Shown here one piece after another: positions 20,813 to 34,245 of a DNA stretch of 40,864 bases. The notes under the pieces were generated by a model, which saw only the letters and a list, made by a program, of their open reading frames with translations, ran no database searches and was not told the origin of the DNA. A program made the position numbers and the translations under genes. The first letter of the stretch is position 1. Each line of letters starts with the position of its first letter. This stretch comes from Octopus sinensis (lineage: Eukaryota): contig NW_021835543.1 in the NCBI RefSeq assembly GCF_006345805.1, forward strand, positions 1 through 40,864. Reading direction: 5' to 3'.

Positions 20813-21134
20813 AGAAACCAATTTAGTGTCTCCGAGGCTTACAATGGCAATCTTTTTCTTTTTTGATTTACGACGAAGTGGAACGACCAACTAAAATTAG
20901 ATATCTTGATCAAGATACAAGATCAGAATTGAGGTATGAATTTCGGGTCATTCGGTCACGAACGTCGTGCTGACCTGACCGTCGACATTCTTTTATTCTT
21001 TTCTTTTACTTGTTTCAGTCAATTGATTGCGACCATACTGGAGTACCGCCTTCAGTCGAGCAAATGAAAGTAAAATGTGATAGAAACTGGAAGTGACGAC
21101 AATGTCTTACCAAGGACATTACTTGAATTATTAC

Positions 21135-21857
<723 letters not shown>

Positions 21858-22238
21858 TTACCTAACCCTAGTTACCATAGATTATGAACAACCTTCATAT
21901 ATTGGAAAATCTCTCTGACTTCAGCAATTGTGATCTTAAACTTTAAGATGAAAATTTTTTTCGGTGACTTTTTATGTTTTCAATCAATTCAAACATCAAT
22001 ATGATTCACTATGTACATTTTTATATCTTGGAAGGTAATTATTTTCCTCTTCTATATTTTTATACTTATTTTTGGTTTTTAAATCTATGACTCGGTAGGT
22101 TTAGTGACTAAGACTTAGAATATCAACTCAATCAACAACTTAAGTATGGAAGCAAAACGGTTGAAGTTGATAAAGTTTCGTACGGCATACGAAAGAGATA
22201 AACACTTCGAGTATGTCAAAAGATATCAAAATGTCTCC

Positions 22239-22273
<35 letters not shown>

Positions 22274-22504
22274 ACTCACACACACATACACTATATGTGT
22301 GTGCGTGTGTGTGAAAGAGAGAGAGAGACCCTGTTCCTCCGTCTGTCCTGCAAAGATTATTCTACAATTAGGCTGTTGTCTGATTCCAAGGAGTGACCTG
22401 GGTATATTTCTTCTTCATAAAACATATCCAATCGAAACTGGATGTTTTATCGAAATTGTCTTTTTCGATAAATTGGATATATTTTATCGAAATTATCTAC
22501 TATT

Positions 22505-23110
22505 GGCCCAAGGACAGAAATTTTGGGAAAGGGGGCCAGTGGATTACATCGATCTCGGTGCTAAACTAGTACTTATTTCGGATCTTTTCGGTTTGAACGG
22601 CAGTTTTTTCTAGCGGTGTCATATGAAATTGTCACCCATAATTATGACCCTAGAATCGATCTATTGCATTTCAATCTCTTTTAGGGTTAGGGTTAGTTAG
22701 GGTTAGGGTTAGGGGTGGGGGAAGGGTATATTTTTTTCTTCACAAATGTAAATAAACCCAATCTGTTTCTTAAACAAGGGACATATTCATACAGCACAGA
22801 ATGCTTTTTAACTCAATAGACGTCGCTGATTGGTTGAAATTGCAGAAATTGAAGAAAAAAAACAACAAATATCTTACAAAGTATAGAATTTTCTCAATAA
22901 AGCCAAGAGAAAAAAATGTTTTATAAACACATTCTACCAGTATACGAAGCTACCTAGAAATTATGTTAAAAACTGCCGTTCAAACCGAAAAGATCCCTTA
23001 TTTCATCGAGCCCAAAAAGAATAAAAGGCAAAACCCGACCTTTGCGGAATTTGTACTCAAAGGAAAGACAGACGAAATACCGCTAAGCATTTTTGTCCGG
23101 CTTGCTAAAG
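22505..23110 (-). mobile_element. Old SINE family 3 copy split by MITE copy 4
   Basis: Both halves rejoin at the duplicated CTTATTTC. Confidence 0.7.
22580..22996 (+). mobile_element. GGATC-TIR telomere-repeat MITE (copy 4)
   Basis: TIRs; perfect 8-bp TSD CTTATTTC; TTAGGG repeats at 22681-22712. Confidence 0.93.
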
Positions 23111-23417
23111 ATTTTGCTGGCTCGACTCTTCACTCTTTAATAATTATTTTTTAAGACACTCAAAACATCGGATAAAATAAAATAATGGCTGATATATTTT
23201 CGGTCAATTTTCAAGAACAAAGAATGTCACGGCATGAAAGAAACTCAACGTCATACTTATTTGATTACAGAGTAGTCTGTAAGGACATCAAAGAAAATTT
23301 GCGACCAACATACACTAGATAGCTACTTTTTGATAAATGTGTGTGTGAGTGTATGTGTATGTATGTGTGTGTGTGTGTGTGTTTATATGCATGTACGTAT
23401 ATATGCATGCGAGTATG

Positions 23418-23452
<35 letters not shown>

Positions 23453-23559
23453 TATACTATTTTATATAGAGATTGTTAACATTAACAATACTCAGAAACA
23501 GGCAAAAATCGAAGTGCTCAAATTGAGCTAAGTTCCAATTTATTGCCTCCATTCAATAT

Positions 23560-23591
<32 letters not shown>

Positions 23592-23599
23592 ATATATAG

Positions 23600-23790
23600 G
23601 GAGAGTTTACGAAAAAAACAAAAGACGAAGACAGGTGGTGTACAAACCAGACAGATGTATTAGTATAACGCTCAGGAATAGAAAAAATCTTTTACGTTTC
23701 AAGCCTATGCTCTTCTACAGAAAGGGACACAGAAAAAACAAGGAGAGAAAAAAATGTGTGTAGTGGCTAACGATCTATCAATATATGTAT
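23600..23790 (-). mobile_element. Penelope-type pLTR-like fragment, paralog of 21448-21645
   Basis: Shared GACAGGTGGTGTA...TATTAGTATAACGCTC.GGAAT...ACGTTTC.AGCCTA.GCTCTTC.ACAGAAAG. Confidence 0.6.
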
Positions 23791-23951
23791 ATATATATGA
23801 ACACACATATACGCACATATACACACAAACGCACACCCATATTAATGTGTGTGTGTATATACTGTACTCATGTTTAAGTCGCACCCCAGATTTTTTAATA
23901 ATCATCAAAAATAAAACAGTGTGACTTGTACAGAAGTAAATATGCACCTTC

Positions 23952-24235
23952 GGTCGTGAATGACTATGAGATTGCACCTAGAAAGGTCCTCTCCAAGGCA
24001 CAAGTCCGGGCAAGGTAGTTTATGGAAGACCAGCTGTCTTCCATACCAGACCCCCCTCTCCACACCACCGATGATATCCAAGGGAAAGGCAAAGGCCGAT
24101 ACAGCTTGGCACCTGTGACATCGCAACTTATTTTTAATATTGAGTGAACTGGAGCAACATGAAATAAAGTGTCTTGCTCAAGAACACAACACACATTCCG
24201 GTCTGAGAATCGAATACACTACCTAACCACTAAAC
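23952..24235 (-). mobile_element. Degenerate tRNA-derived SINE
   Basis: TGAAATAAAGTGTCTTGCTCAAGAACAC...CGGTCTGAGAATCGAA...CTAACCACTA resembles the family 2 5' region. Confidence 0.6.
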
Positions 24236-24284
24236 TTTACACACACACACACACACACACAAACATACATGTGTAAGTATGTAT

Positions 24285-24440
24285 ATAGGCGCAGGCGTGA
24301 CTGTGTGGTATGAAGCTTGCTTCACAACTACATGTTCCTAGGTTCAGTCCCACATCGGGTAAGTGACTTCTACTACGGACCCGGCCAACTAAAGCATTGC
24401 AAGTGGATGTGGAAGACGGAAACTTAAAGAAGCCCGTTGA

Positions 24441-24487
<47 letters not shown>

Positions 24488-24666
24488 TGTATATGTGTCT
24501 GTTCTCCGCTACCGCTTGACAAATGAAGTTGCTTTGTTTACGTCTCCGTGATCTAGCGGTACGTCAAAAATGACCGATAGAATAAGTACCAGGCGTTTTT
24601 CAAAAACCCCTTCAAGCCGGTGCCTCATCATGGCAGCCGTCCAAACGCTGAAACAAGTAAAAGGAT
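24285..24666 (+). mobile_element. Diverged SINE family 1 copy with internal (TG)n
   Basis: ATAGGCGCAGGCGTGACTGTGTGG head; tail CTGAAACAAGTAAAAG. Confidence 0.8.
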
Positions 24667-25269
24667 AGACGCAAAGATGGAAGAGAAAAGATGGAGGAGA
24701 AATTTAAAAACTCTTACCTGCAAAACTATGAATGGTGTTTTGGAAACGATTTGCAGTTTGCGGATAGGTTTCATTTTATTTCTCCCTTTTTTTTCATTTT
24801 ACATAATACTAATGCTATGAAAGCAAATCAGTGAGGTCATGAAAATGAAAGCCTTCTGCAATATTTATATCACATTTTCGCCATTTTGAATTATTTATAT
24901 AGTTTAGAACTGACCATTCGGTCGTCTGCTTCGTTTTCCCTTCAGTTTTGTAGCAGTCGTAAGAAAAGAAATGATAAAACGAAGCAGCACAAATGCTTTT
25001 CTCGCCAGATTTTTAATCTATGCTTCAAAAAATTTTCCATGCGAGACACATTCTCATTTACTTTCAAATTACAAAAGCTTTTCTTTTTTTTTTTTTTTGA
25101 TCATTAATTTTTCTTTTTTTTTCCTTCACTTAATGTGTATACATAATTGCTGATTGTCTGTGTTATCTTTGTTTCTTTTTCATCTGGTTCCCCTTAATTT
25201 CGTATCCAGTGGTGATAAAGACGGCATAGTTAAAGAAAGCACCAGTCAAGCAAGTCTTATAAGTGCATA

Positions 25270-25329
25270 TACCTATATATATATATATATATCTATATAT
25301 ATATATATATATTATATATACTATATATA

Positions 25330-25374
<45 letters not shown>

Positions 25375-25413
25375 ATATATACCTATAATATATATATATA
25401 CCCTATATATACC

Positions 25414-25449
<36 letters not shown>

Positions 25450-25916
25450 ATAATATTATATATTACCTATATATACCTATATTATATATATATATATAAT
25501 AATTATATATATATAATATATAATATTATATATATATATATAATATAATATTATACCTATATATATCCTATATATATATATATATATATCCTATATATAC
25601 CTATATATATATATATATATATATAAATTAATTAAGGGTAGAAATTGATATTTATCAATTAAGACCAGTGGTCTAGCATATTAAAAAGAATCCGAAGATT
25701 AAAATATTTATATATACCAAGTAAGGACTGAACACGAAAAGTGGACATCAACATGCTAGATATAGACGTCAAATCGCCATTCACCCAAAGATTATGTTCT
25801 CAGATCAAACTCGAACTTGAGTTTGATCTGAGAACATAATCTTTTGTGGTGAATGGCGATTTGACGTCTATATCTAGCTGTTGACTGTCCACTTTTCGTG
25901 TTCAGTCCTTAATTGG

Positions 25917-25976
<60 letters not shown>

Positions 25977-26036
25977 ATATATACCTATATATATATATAT
26001 ATAATATATAATACCTATATATACCTATATATATAT

Positions 26037-26079
<43 letters not shown>

Positions 26080-26348
26080 ATATATACCTGATATCTAATA
26101 TATATATATATCTATATAATATATATATATATATAGATATATATACCTTATATATCTATCATATATCTATATATATATATATATATATATATACTATATC
26201 TATATATATATATATATAATATACCTATATATAATATATATATATATATATACCTATATATATATATATAACCTATATATACTATATATATATATATATA
26301 CCTATATATATATATATAGGTATATTCTATATATATATATATATTATA

Positions 26349-26421
<73 letters not shown>

Positions 26422-26512
26422 ATATATATATATACATACCTATATATATATATATATATATACTACATATATAATTCTATATACCTATATATATATATAT
26501 ATATACATACCT
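25270..26512. repeat. About 1.2-kb TACC(TA)n higher-order microsatellite/minisatellite
   Basis: Direct reading; interrupted by unique sequence at 25625-25922. Confidence 0.95.
25711..25922. repeat. Fold-back palindrome (about 100-bp arms, 6-nt loop) embedded in (TA)n
   Basis: TATATACCAAGTAAGGACTGAACACG...CAAACTC-GAACTT-GAGTTTG...CGTGTTCAGTCCTTAATTGGTATATA. Confidence 0.92.
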
Positions 26513-26751
26513 AGTAAGTATAACTTTAAGTAACTTTATCAAATATATCTATTAAAATGAGATGTCATGTTATTTCAATTTGCTTATTCAGACGACAGTT
26601 TATTCACTGCACCCTGTACATATGATATATATATGATACATAAATGCACAGTGTATTATCCACTAGCGCACGCACGAACATTCATATGAATATTTACACG
26701 AAAAACGTATACGTGCGTGCGCGTGTATGTGTGCGCCTGTGTGTGTCTATC

Positions 26752-26837
<86 letters not shown>

Positions 26838-26838
<1 letters not shown>

Positions 26839-29612
26839 TTTGATACTTTGATACTTTGATAGGTTTCGGCCATTATTGGCCCAGGCCATGTCTAACTTAA
26901 TAGCACCACCTGGTGAAGTCTTTCAAGTCAGAATTTGGGCACTATGGCCCACTCATAGAGAGTTATTGTTTACAGAGACATATCCGGGTGTAGGGGGTTT
27001 ATCCGGGATTTCTTGAAGGAATCTGTCCAAAGACTTCTTGAACCCTATAGGGTCAGTTTCTGTTTTATGTGTTTTGGTGTAATGTTAAAGAGAGCGGGGC
27101 CAATTGAGGTGAAATAATTGTGCCGTATTGTTGTTATGAGATGAGAGTGCGATTTTTGTTTTGGGCGGATGGCACGGGGCCGAGCCTTGGATGTACCTTA
27201 AAGGTGATGCCAACATCATTTGGGCAATGCTGATGGAATATTTTCCACATCATGCAGATGATGTAGCGCTCCGACGACGTGGAGAGAATAGAGTTTTAGC
27301 TTTTCTAGCCGACCCCAATAGTCGAGGCCTGTCATGCCATCTATCATTTTTGTGATTGCCCTTTGAGGTGCTTCAACTTTTATGATACCTTGTATTGTGT
27401 GGGGAGACCACAGTGGACAACAGTATTCAAGGTGGGGTCGGGCAAAGTGGAGAAGAGAAGGATAATGGTGTGGATATCTCTCGACTGGAAAGTTCTGAGA
27501 ATCCAGGAACACATTCTGCGGCGCCATGTCAACTTTGGTGTTTATATGAGTGGCCCGCTTACGTTCTTGTCCACAATTACTCCCAAGTCTCTGATGTTGT
27601 TGGACGCCGCGAGAGTTCACCTGAAGGAAGGGAGTAGGGAGTTTCAGGGCATCCTCTTTTCCAAAGTGGATTAGCTCAAATTTATCCTCGTTCAGCAGCA
27701 TATTGTTTTTTTTCTGCCATTGGTAACAGCCAGTAGATCTGACTGAATGCATGTCCGGTCACTCGCCTCATTTATGACCTTCTGTAGCTTGGAGTCATCT
27801 GCAAAGATTTTTATGTTGCTGTGCTTGATGATGTCATAATGTCATTAATGTAAATGATGAAAAGAAGTGGGCCCAGCACAGTGCCTTGCGGAACGCCACT
27901 ACTGACTTTGGCTGGGCTTGATTTTACCCCTTCAACTACAACATGTTTGAGATCTGTCTGTCAGGAAACACTTATCCATTTCAGTAACTTTCCAGAGCAC
28001 CAATGTTGGATAGTTTTTTCAATAGGATCTTGTGATCGACCCTGTCGAAGGCCTTACTGAAATCAAGGTAGATGACATCGGTGTTGGAGCCCTCTCCCAA
28101 AGCTCTCAAATGTCCTCAAAGTGATGCAGGAGCTGCGTTAGGCAGTCCCTTCCATTACGGAACCCATGTTGGTTGAGAGATCAGCCGTCTGTTGCTTTCC
28201 AGAAATTGGGTTATTCGAGATCTCACCACCCTCTCAAATACCTTGATGATATGAGAGGTGAGTGAGATCGGACGGTAATTCACTGCAAGGGACTTGTTTC
28301 CCTTTTTGAAAACTGGACAACAGACTGGGACAGAAGGTTTTTTGGAATATAGCCAGCATCCAGTGAGTTTCTCCACAGATTAGCAAGGGGAGATGCAAGT
28401 TGGTGTCGACACACCTTCAGGACACAAGCAGGGAACCTATCGGGGCCTACTGCTGAATTGTGTTTTATTTCGTTTATCGCCGCAAAGACATCAGGGGCAC
28501 TAAACGTTATGTCCGATATAGTGTGTTGGGGTTGACATCACTGATACAGCCCAGATCGGCCATATCAGGATTGCTGAAAACAGAGCAGTATTGTTTCTGC
28601 AGTATCTCGGCCATGGATTTGGCATTAGCTTGGAGAGTGCCAGTTTCGTCAATTAGAGGGCCTACAGTGGAGACAGTGACCCTGCGTTTCCTCGCAAATG
28701 AAAAGAACAATTTGGGGTTGAGTTTGATTTTTTCAATGGCCCACTTCTCCTCACTGATCTTGGTTATTGATGAGGTCTTCATGCATTGTGGAGGTTATAT
28801 TTTTTGGATTCAAGCAGTGCGATAGCCGTCGAATGTGTGTGTTGCTGTTGGCAGTACTTAGTTTGTTAATTTTTTTGTTGTTCTTTTTTATTTTTCTGAT
28901 AATGGTTTTTCTGTTTTGGGGGATTCTGCACTTTTTGTTCACAGGTCTTGGTGGGGAGTGTTTTGCACATATTCTGTGACGGTTTCTACAAAGATCTGCC
29001 AAGATGTTTTATGGTTGGTGGAGATGTGTATGTGTAAAGGACCAGTCAACATTTGATAGCTCGTTCCTGATTGCATCCCAGTTGGCTTTATGGAGATCCA
29101 TGTTGTCAAATGGGTGGGCTGGAGGAAGTCACTAGGATTAGCTTTCGGCTGGTGGAATTTCATGTTACAGAGAACCATGTCATGGTCTGAAAGAAGGGTT
29201 TTTTCCACTGTAACGTTATGTATAGTGTTAGTGTGGTTACTAAACACTAGGTCCAAAATGTTCTGATGTCTTGTTGGTGCAAGGACAAGTTGGGACAAGA
29301 AAAACTCATTCGTAAAGTCGAAAAGTGACTCTGCTGCTTCTTTGTTCAGCGGTTGAGGCGGGAGTGCTTGGTTTCAAACAGTTTGTAGTCCAGTCAACAC
29401 AGGGTAGATTGAAGTCTCCCATCATGGTATGTTGCTAGAATGGCACTGTTGAATAAAGCACTTATGCTGTTGAGGCATTCTTTAAAGCACAGTATGGGTG
29501 TTTGGGGCGGCCTATAGAGCCCAATTACTGTCAGGTCATTGGCTTTGTTGTGCACGGTGACTGATTCACAGTAGCCATTGGAGAATATACTATTTCCATC
29601 TGCCGTAAATGA
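26838..29612 (-). pseudogene. CR1/L2-like LINE copy A, ORF2 (APE endonuclease plus RT), decayed, with (TATCAAAG)n tail
   Basis: Minus-strand motifs [102 protein letters not shown]; multiple frameshifts. Confidence 0.93.
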
Positions 29613-29624
29613 ATCATGCAGGAA

Positions 29625-29629
29625 AATAC

Positions 29630-29668
<39 letters not shown>

Positions 29669-29693
29669 ACATACCTATTATATATATATTATA

Positions 29694-29749
<56 letters not shown>

Positions 29750-29753
29750 CATA

Positions 29754-29790
<37 letters not shown>

Positions 29791-29799
29791 CATACCTAT

Positions 29800-29841
<42 letters not shown>

Positions 29842-29900
29842 CCTATATATATATACATATATAATATATACTATATATATATATACATACCTATATATAT
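29625..29900. repeat. CATACC(TA)n microsatellite
   Basis: Direct reading. Confidence 0.95.
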
Positions 29901-30712
29901 AAATCCTTAAATCCTTAAATGTTTTAGCCCGAAGGCCGCGGCCATGCTGGCAGCACCACGCTGAATGAGCCACACTAGTTTGTGAATCCACCTCTGATAC
30001 GTGGCCTTCTATCAAAACAAGGGAGTTCGATGCTGCTGCCCGCATCCGCGTCTCCTGTCGTGAGGTAGGCTCATCTGGGACTTCCAACAAGAGAGATCTT
30101 TAGTTTTAAGAAAACCCCACATCCACACCATGTATCTCTCAGGCATTTAGGGAGGATGTTGAAAAGCTGTGGTCCTCTGAAACCCAAGCTGTTGCAGTAT
30201 CTGGACCTGTATTTTTGATGGGATGTTGGAATCCCTTGGCACACGCAGCGGCGCCCCGTTCTGCGGTTGGAGTAACTTTGAATGCCAAAGTTTGGGGATA
30301 AGACCCTCCAGGATTTTCCAGATGTATATTACTGCATATCTCTCCCGCCTCCGCTCCAGGGAGAAGAGGTTAATACCTTCAGTCTTTCCCAGTAGCTGAC
30401 ATTTGCATTGAGACGATTTTCTTTGTGTAGCTTCTCTGAGTTGCTTCGAGTTCTGCTGTTTGTTTATTTGTGGTTGTGACCAAAGTTGGGAGCAGTAGTC
30501 CAAGCGGCTGAGGACAAATGTTTTCCATAGGACCATCAGTGTCTCCTTCTCTCTTGTTCTGAAAGTTCGGAGAATCCATCCAGCTAGCCGCTGCATTTTA
30601 TCACCAGATTAGCAATGCATTTGGAAAGATGCATCATTGCTCATGTCACAATGCCCAGGTCACGCACTGATTTTGACTCAGGGATTGCAATTCTTCCTGG
30701 GCCAGTGTATCC
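29901..30712 (-). pseudogene. CR1/L2-like LINE copy B, 3' fragment with (ATTTAAGG)n tail
   Basis: QRLAGWILRTF..FVLSRLDYCSQLWS, FSLERRRERY, VPDEPTSRQETRMRAAASNSL. Confidence 0.92.
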
Positions 30713-30726
30713 AATATATACATACC

Positions 30727-30757
<31 letters not shown>

Positions 30758-30942
30758 ATATTATATATATATACATATATATATATATACATACCTATAT
30801 ATATATATATAATCTACATACCTATATATATATACATACCTATATATATATTATTGTGTATGTATCAGTATATATATATATACATACCTATATATATATA
30901 TAATTGTGTATGTATCAGTATAATATATAATACATATGTATG

Positions 30943-30987
<45 letters not shown>

Positions 30988-31040
30988 TTATGTATGTTTG
31001 CATACATACACACAAACATACATACATTCACACACATACA
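30713..31040. repeat. (TA)n/TACC(TA)n/(CATA)n compound microsatellite
   Basis: Direct reading. Confidence 0.93.
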
Positions 31041-31341
31041 TATATCACTTTTGTACTCCATTAGCACGATTTTTCACTTTTAATCTAAAATTAAAGGTTG
31101 TACAATAATTTAGCAGCGTTTATTACCCTCAAATATATTATTAATGGCGCCCTATAGGATCTTCATCGAATGATCATTTGATAGTTATCTAGTTTTCCCC
31201 CTCCACATTTTGAAAAAAAAAAGAATAAAAATCCATTTGATGGAGATTTATATACGTTTTAATACTGTGACGAGCGCAGTTCAGCAGGAGTAAACCATTC
31301 GGCAACCACTGTGATTTCAACTTGCATTTGGAACAATTTCA

Positions 31342-32077
31342 GCATTTTTACCTTTTGACCGACAGATTTTAAAATAATTTTTTGTAACTAAACACTTTCA
31401 AACTTCGGACACTGGCAGAATGTGTCATATAAAACATCTTATGCTCTTAGCATTTTTGAGAAAAACTTATATTTACGAAGTTATTTCACGTTAAAGTTGT
31501 CGTATTTCGGTAATTTCAACCAATCAATGACGTGTATTTAGCTGAATAAAATTACGGCTGTTGTTTGTCAACAACAACTTCCTGCGGTGTATTTTTCGTT
31601 TGTCACTGTTATTCATGACATCGTTCGTGCGTTTGTACTGGTTTTAGCTTTAAGGTTTTAAGGTTAGAGTTAGGGTTTTAGGGTTAGGGTTAGGGTTTTA
31701 GGGTTGGGGTTAGGGTTTTAGGGTAGGGTTAGGGTTAGGGTTTTAGGGTTAGGATTTTAGGGTTAGGATGTTAGAGTTAGGGTTTTAGGGTTAGGGTTGT
31801 CATAAATAACAGTGACAAACGAAATATGCACCGCCGGAAGTTCTTGTTGACATTCAACAGCAGTAATTTTATTCAGCTGAATACACATCATTGATTGGTT
31901 GAAATTACCGAAATAGGACAACTTTAACGTGAAATAACTTCGTAAATATAAGTTTTTCTCAAAAATGCTAAGAGTAAAAGATGTTTTATATGACACATTC
32001 TACCACTGTCCGAAGTTTGAAAGTGTTTAGTTACAAAAAATTATTTTAAAAATTTGTCGGTCAAAAGGTAAAGATCC
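31342..32077. mobile_element. Fold-back MITE: about 280-bp inverted arms around a TTAGGG/TTTTAGGG tract
   Basis: Arms 31342-31620 and 31798-32077; terminus ...AAAGATCC related to the GGATC-MITE family; 8-bp TSD CAATTTCA/TAATTTCA. Confidence 0.9.
31642..31797 (+). repeat. Interstitial telomere-like tract (TTAGGG/TTTTAGGG), G-quadruplex-capable
   Basis: More than 15 GGG runs in about 155 bp. Confidence 0.93.
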
Positions 32078-32099
32078 TAATTTCATATCACTTCTGTCG

Positions 32100-33195
32100 G
32101 TAATCGATTGAAATTTTAGCATACAGCCAGCAGTTTTTGAGGAAAGGGGACAAATTGATTACATCGACTCCAGTACTTGACTTTATTGACTTTATTAACC
32201 CCGAAAGGATGAAAGGCAAAAATCGACGTTGGCTGGACTTGAATTCAGATCGGGAAGACGGAAGAAATGCTGTGAAGCGTTAAACCCGACGTGCAAACGA
32301 CTCTGCCAGCTCGTACACATACATATCCACAGAAACGTGTTATATATCTGCATTCATACACTCATACACCAAACATTTATACAATATGCGCCTATACACA
32401 CATATACATAAATACATACATCTTATACCTTATACAGATATAATACCTCATCGATACACATCGCTCCCCCCACACACATGCACACAACTAAGCACGTAAG
32501 TACAAAACCAAGTGGAAAGAATAGTACTCGAATACCAAAGGTAGAGCAAAATATTTTTTATTAAAGCCGAAATAAAACTCTACAAACTGTTACTCGGGGT
32601 TTCAGGTGACCGTTCTTCAGACAAGTCATGATACAGAATAAAATAGCATTCTTCGATTCTTTTACTTGTTTCAGTCATCTAACTGCAGCCATGCTGGATC
32701 ACCGCCTTAAATATCAAAAATAATAATCTTTTCTACTCTAGGCACAAGGCCCGAAATTTTGGAGGATAGGGCCAGTCGATTAGATCGACCCCAGTACGCA
32801 ACTGATAGTTAATTTATCGACCCCGAAAGGATGAAAGACAAAGTCGACCTCGGTGGAATTTGAATTCAGACCGTAAAGACAGACGAAATACCGCTAAGTA
32901 TTTCGCCCGGCGTGCTAACGTTTCTACCAGCTCGCCGCCTTAAATAATAATAATATTAAAAAAATTTTTTTTTTTACTACCCACAAGGGGCTAAACATAG
33001 AGGGACAAACAAGGACAGACAAAGGGGTTAAGTCGATTACATCAACCCAGTGCGAAACTGGTACTTTATTTATCGACCCCGAGAGGATGAAAGGCAAAGT
33101 CGACCTCGGCGGAATTTGAACTCAGAACGTAACGACATACGAAATACCGCTAAGCATTTCGCCCGGCGCGCTTACGTTTCTGCCAGCTCGCCGCC

Positions 33196-33197
<2 letters not shown>
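32100..33197 (-). mobile_element. Cluster of SINE family 3 copies (about 32100-32310, 32728-32943, 32978-33197)
   Basis: Minus-strand heads TAAGGCGGCGAGCTGG(C/T)AGAAACG; Deu/Nin-like core TTTCATCCTTTCGGGGTCGATAAA. Confidence 0.85.
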
Positions 33198-33234
<37 letters not shown>

Positions 33235-33248
33235 GTAATAATAATAGA

Positions 33249-33612
33249 CAATATTGGAAGTGTTATCATATACATTGTTTTGTCTTGGTATAAAAGATGG
33301 TCTACAGCAAATATTCTGCTCAATACCACAGATTTGCTTGTCAGTTGTTTGACCTTAACAAGTTGAGCATGTCCCTTAGTGGCTGATGATATGTGCATCT
33401 CTGATAACGAGCAGAAGTAGTGGGGGAGCATCATAGCCATGTGTTGAAAGGGATTCTTTGGGGTTTGAATAATTAATCTCTTGAAACATGGGTGTTTCGT
33501 TCAACATCCTTAAACAACCCTTATGACCCTTAATTATACAAGGACGTTTTGAACGGGATAGACTACTTGACCAGAAGAAAATTCTAACTGTGCCCCACCT
33601 GCAAAGTCATGT

Positions 33613-33661
<49 letters not shown>

Positions 33662-34245
33662 TAATAATATAATAATAATAAAATGCCCTGATGCAGTACC
33701 AGGCAGTGGCTCTCATGGCTTTTGATCTTAACTGATTGGAAGTTTATCATGTTACATTGTTTTGTTTGGTATAAATGGGCTACAGCAAATATTCTGCTCA
33801 ATACCACAGATTTGCTTGTCAGTTGTTTGACTTTAACCAGTTGAGCATGTCCCTTAGTGGCTGACGATATGTGCATCTCTGATCACGAGCAGAAGTAGTG
33901 GGGGAGCATCATAGCCATGTGTTGAGAGGGATTCTTTGGAGTTTGAATAGTTCACCTCTGGAAACATGGGTGGTTGTTTCAACATCCTTAAACAACCCTT
34001 ATTCAGGGACCGTTTGAGCGGGATGGGCTACTCAACCTGAAGAAAATTCTAACTGGGCCCCACCTGCAAGGTCATGTGCTGTTTATCTTGATATGAGATC
34101 ACCATATGGTTGTGATGCATGTGCCCGGTGTACCTTTATCAGACGGGTAGTCATGATGGGTATATTGGGCTTCGTATATTTTACCCCAGTGTCACTTTGA
34201 TGGCATGCTCTGCTCGCTCACTCAATAATAATAATAATAATAATT
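33249..34245. mobile_element. Tandemly duplicated unclassified interspersed repeat bounded by (AAT)n
   Basis: 33249-33612 is a truncated paralog of 33679-34245; (AAT)n at 33197-33245, 33613-33680 and 34224-34243. Confidence 0.7.

Noticed and set aside
22146-22613. 155-aa ORF
   Set aside because: Chimeric read-through of microsatellite, SINE and MITE sequence
31642-31797. True telomere or chromosome-fusion scar
   Set aside because: The tract is enclosed by TIR arms and an 8-bp TSD, and has no head-to-head TTAGGG/CCCTAA junction
32587-32625. Hammerhead-like motif on the minus strand (CUGAAGA...GAAAC...GUA)
   Set aside because: Stem II pairs at only about 2 bp and stem I is weak; at best a decayed copy
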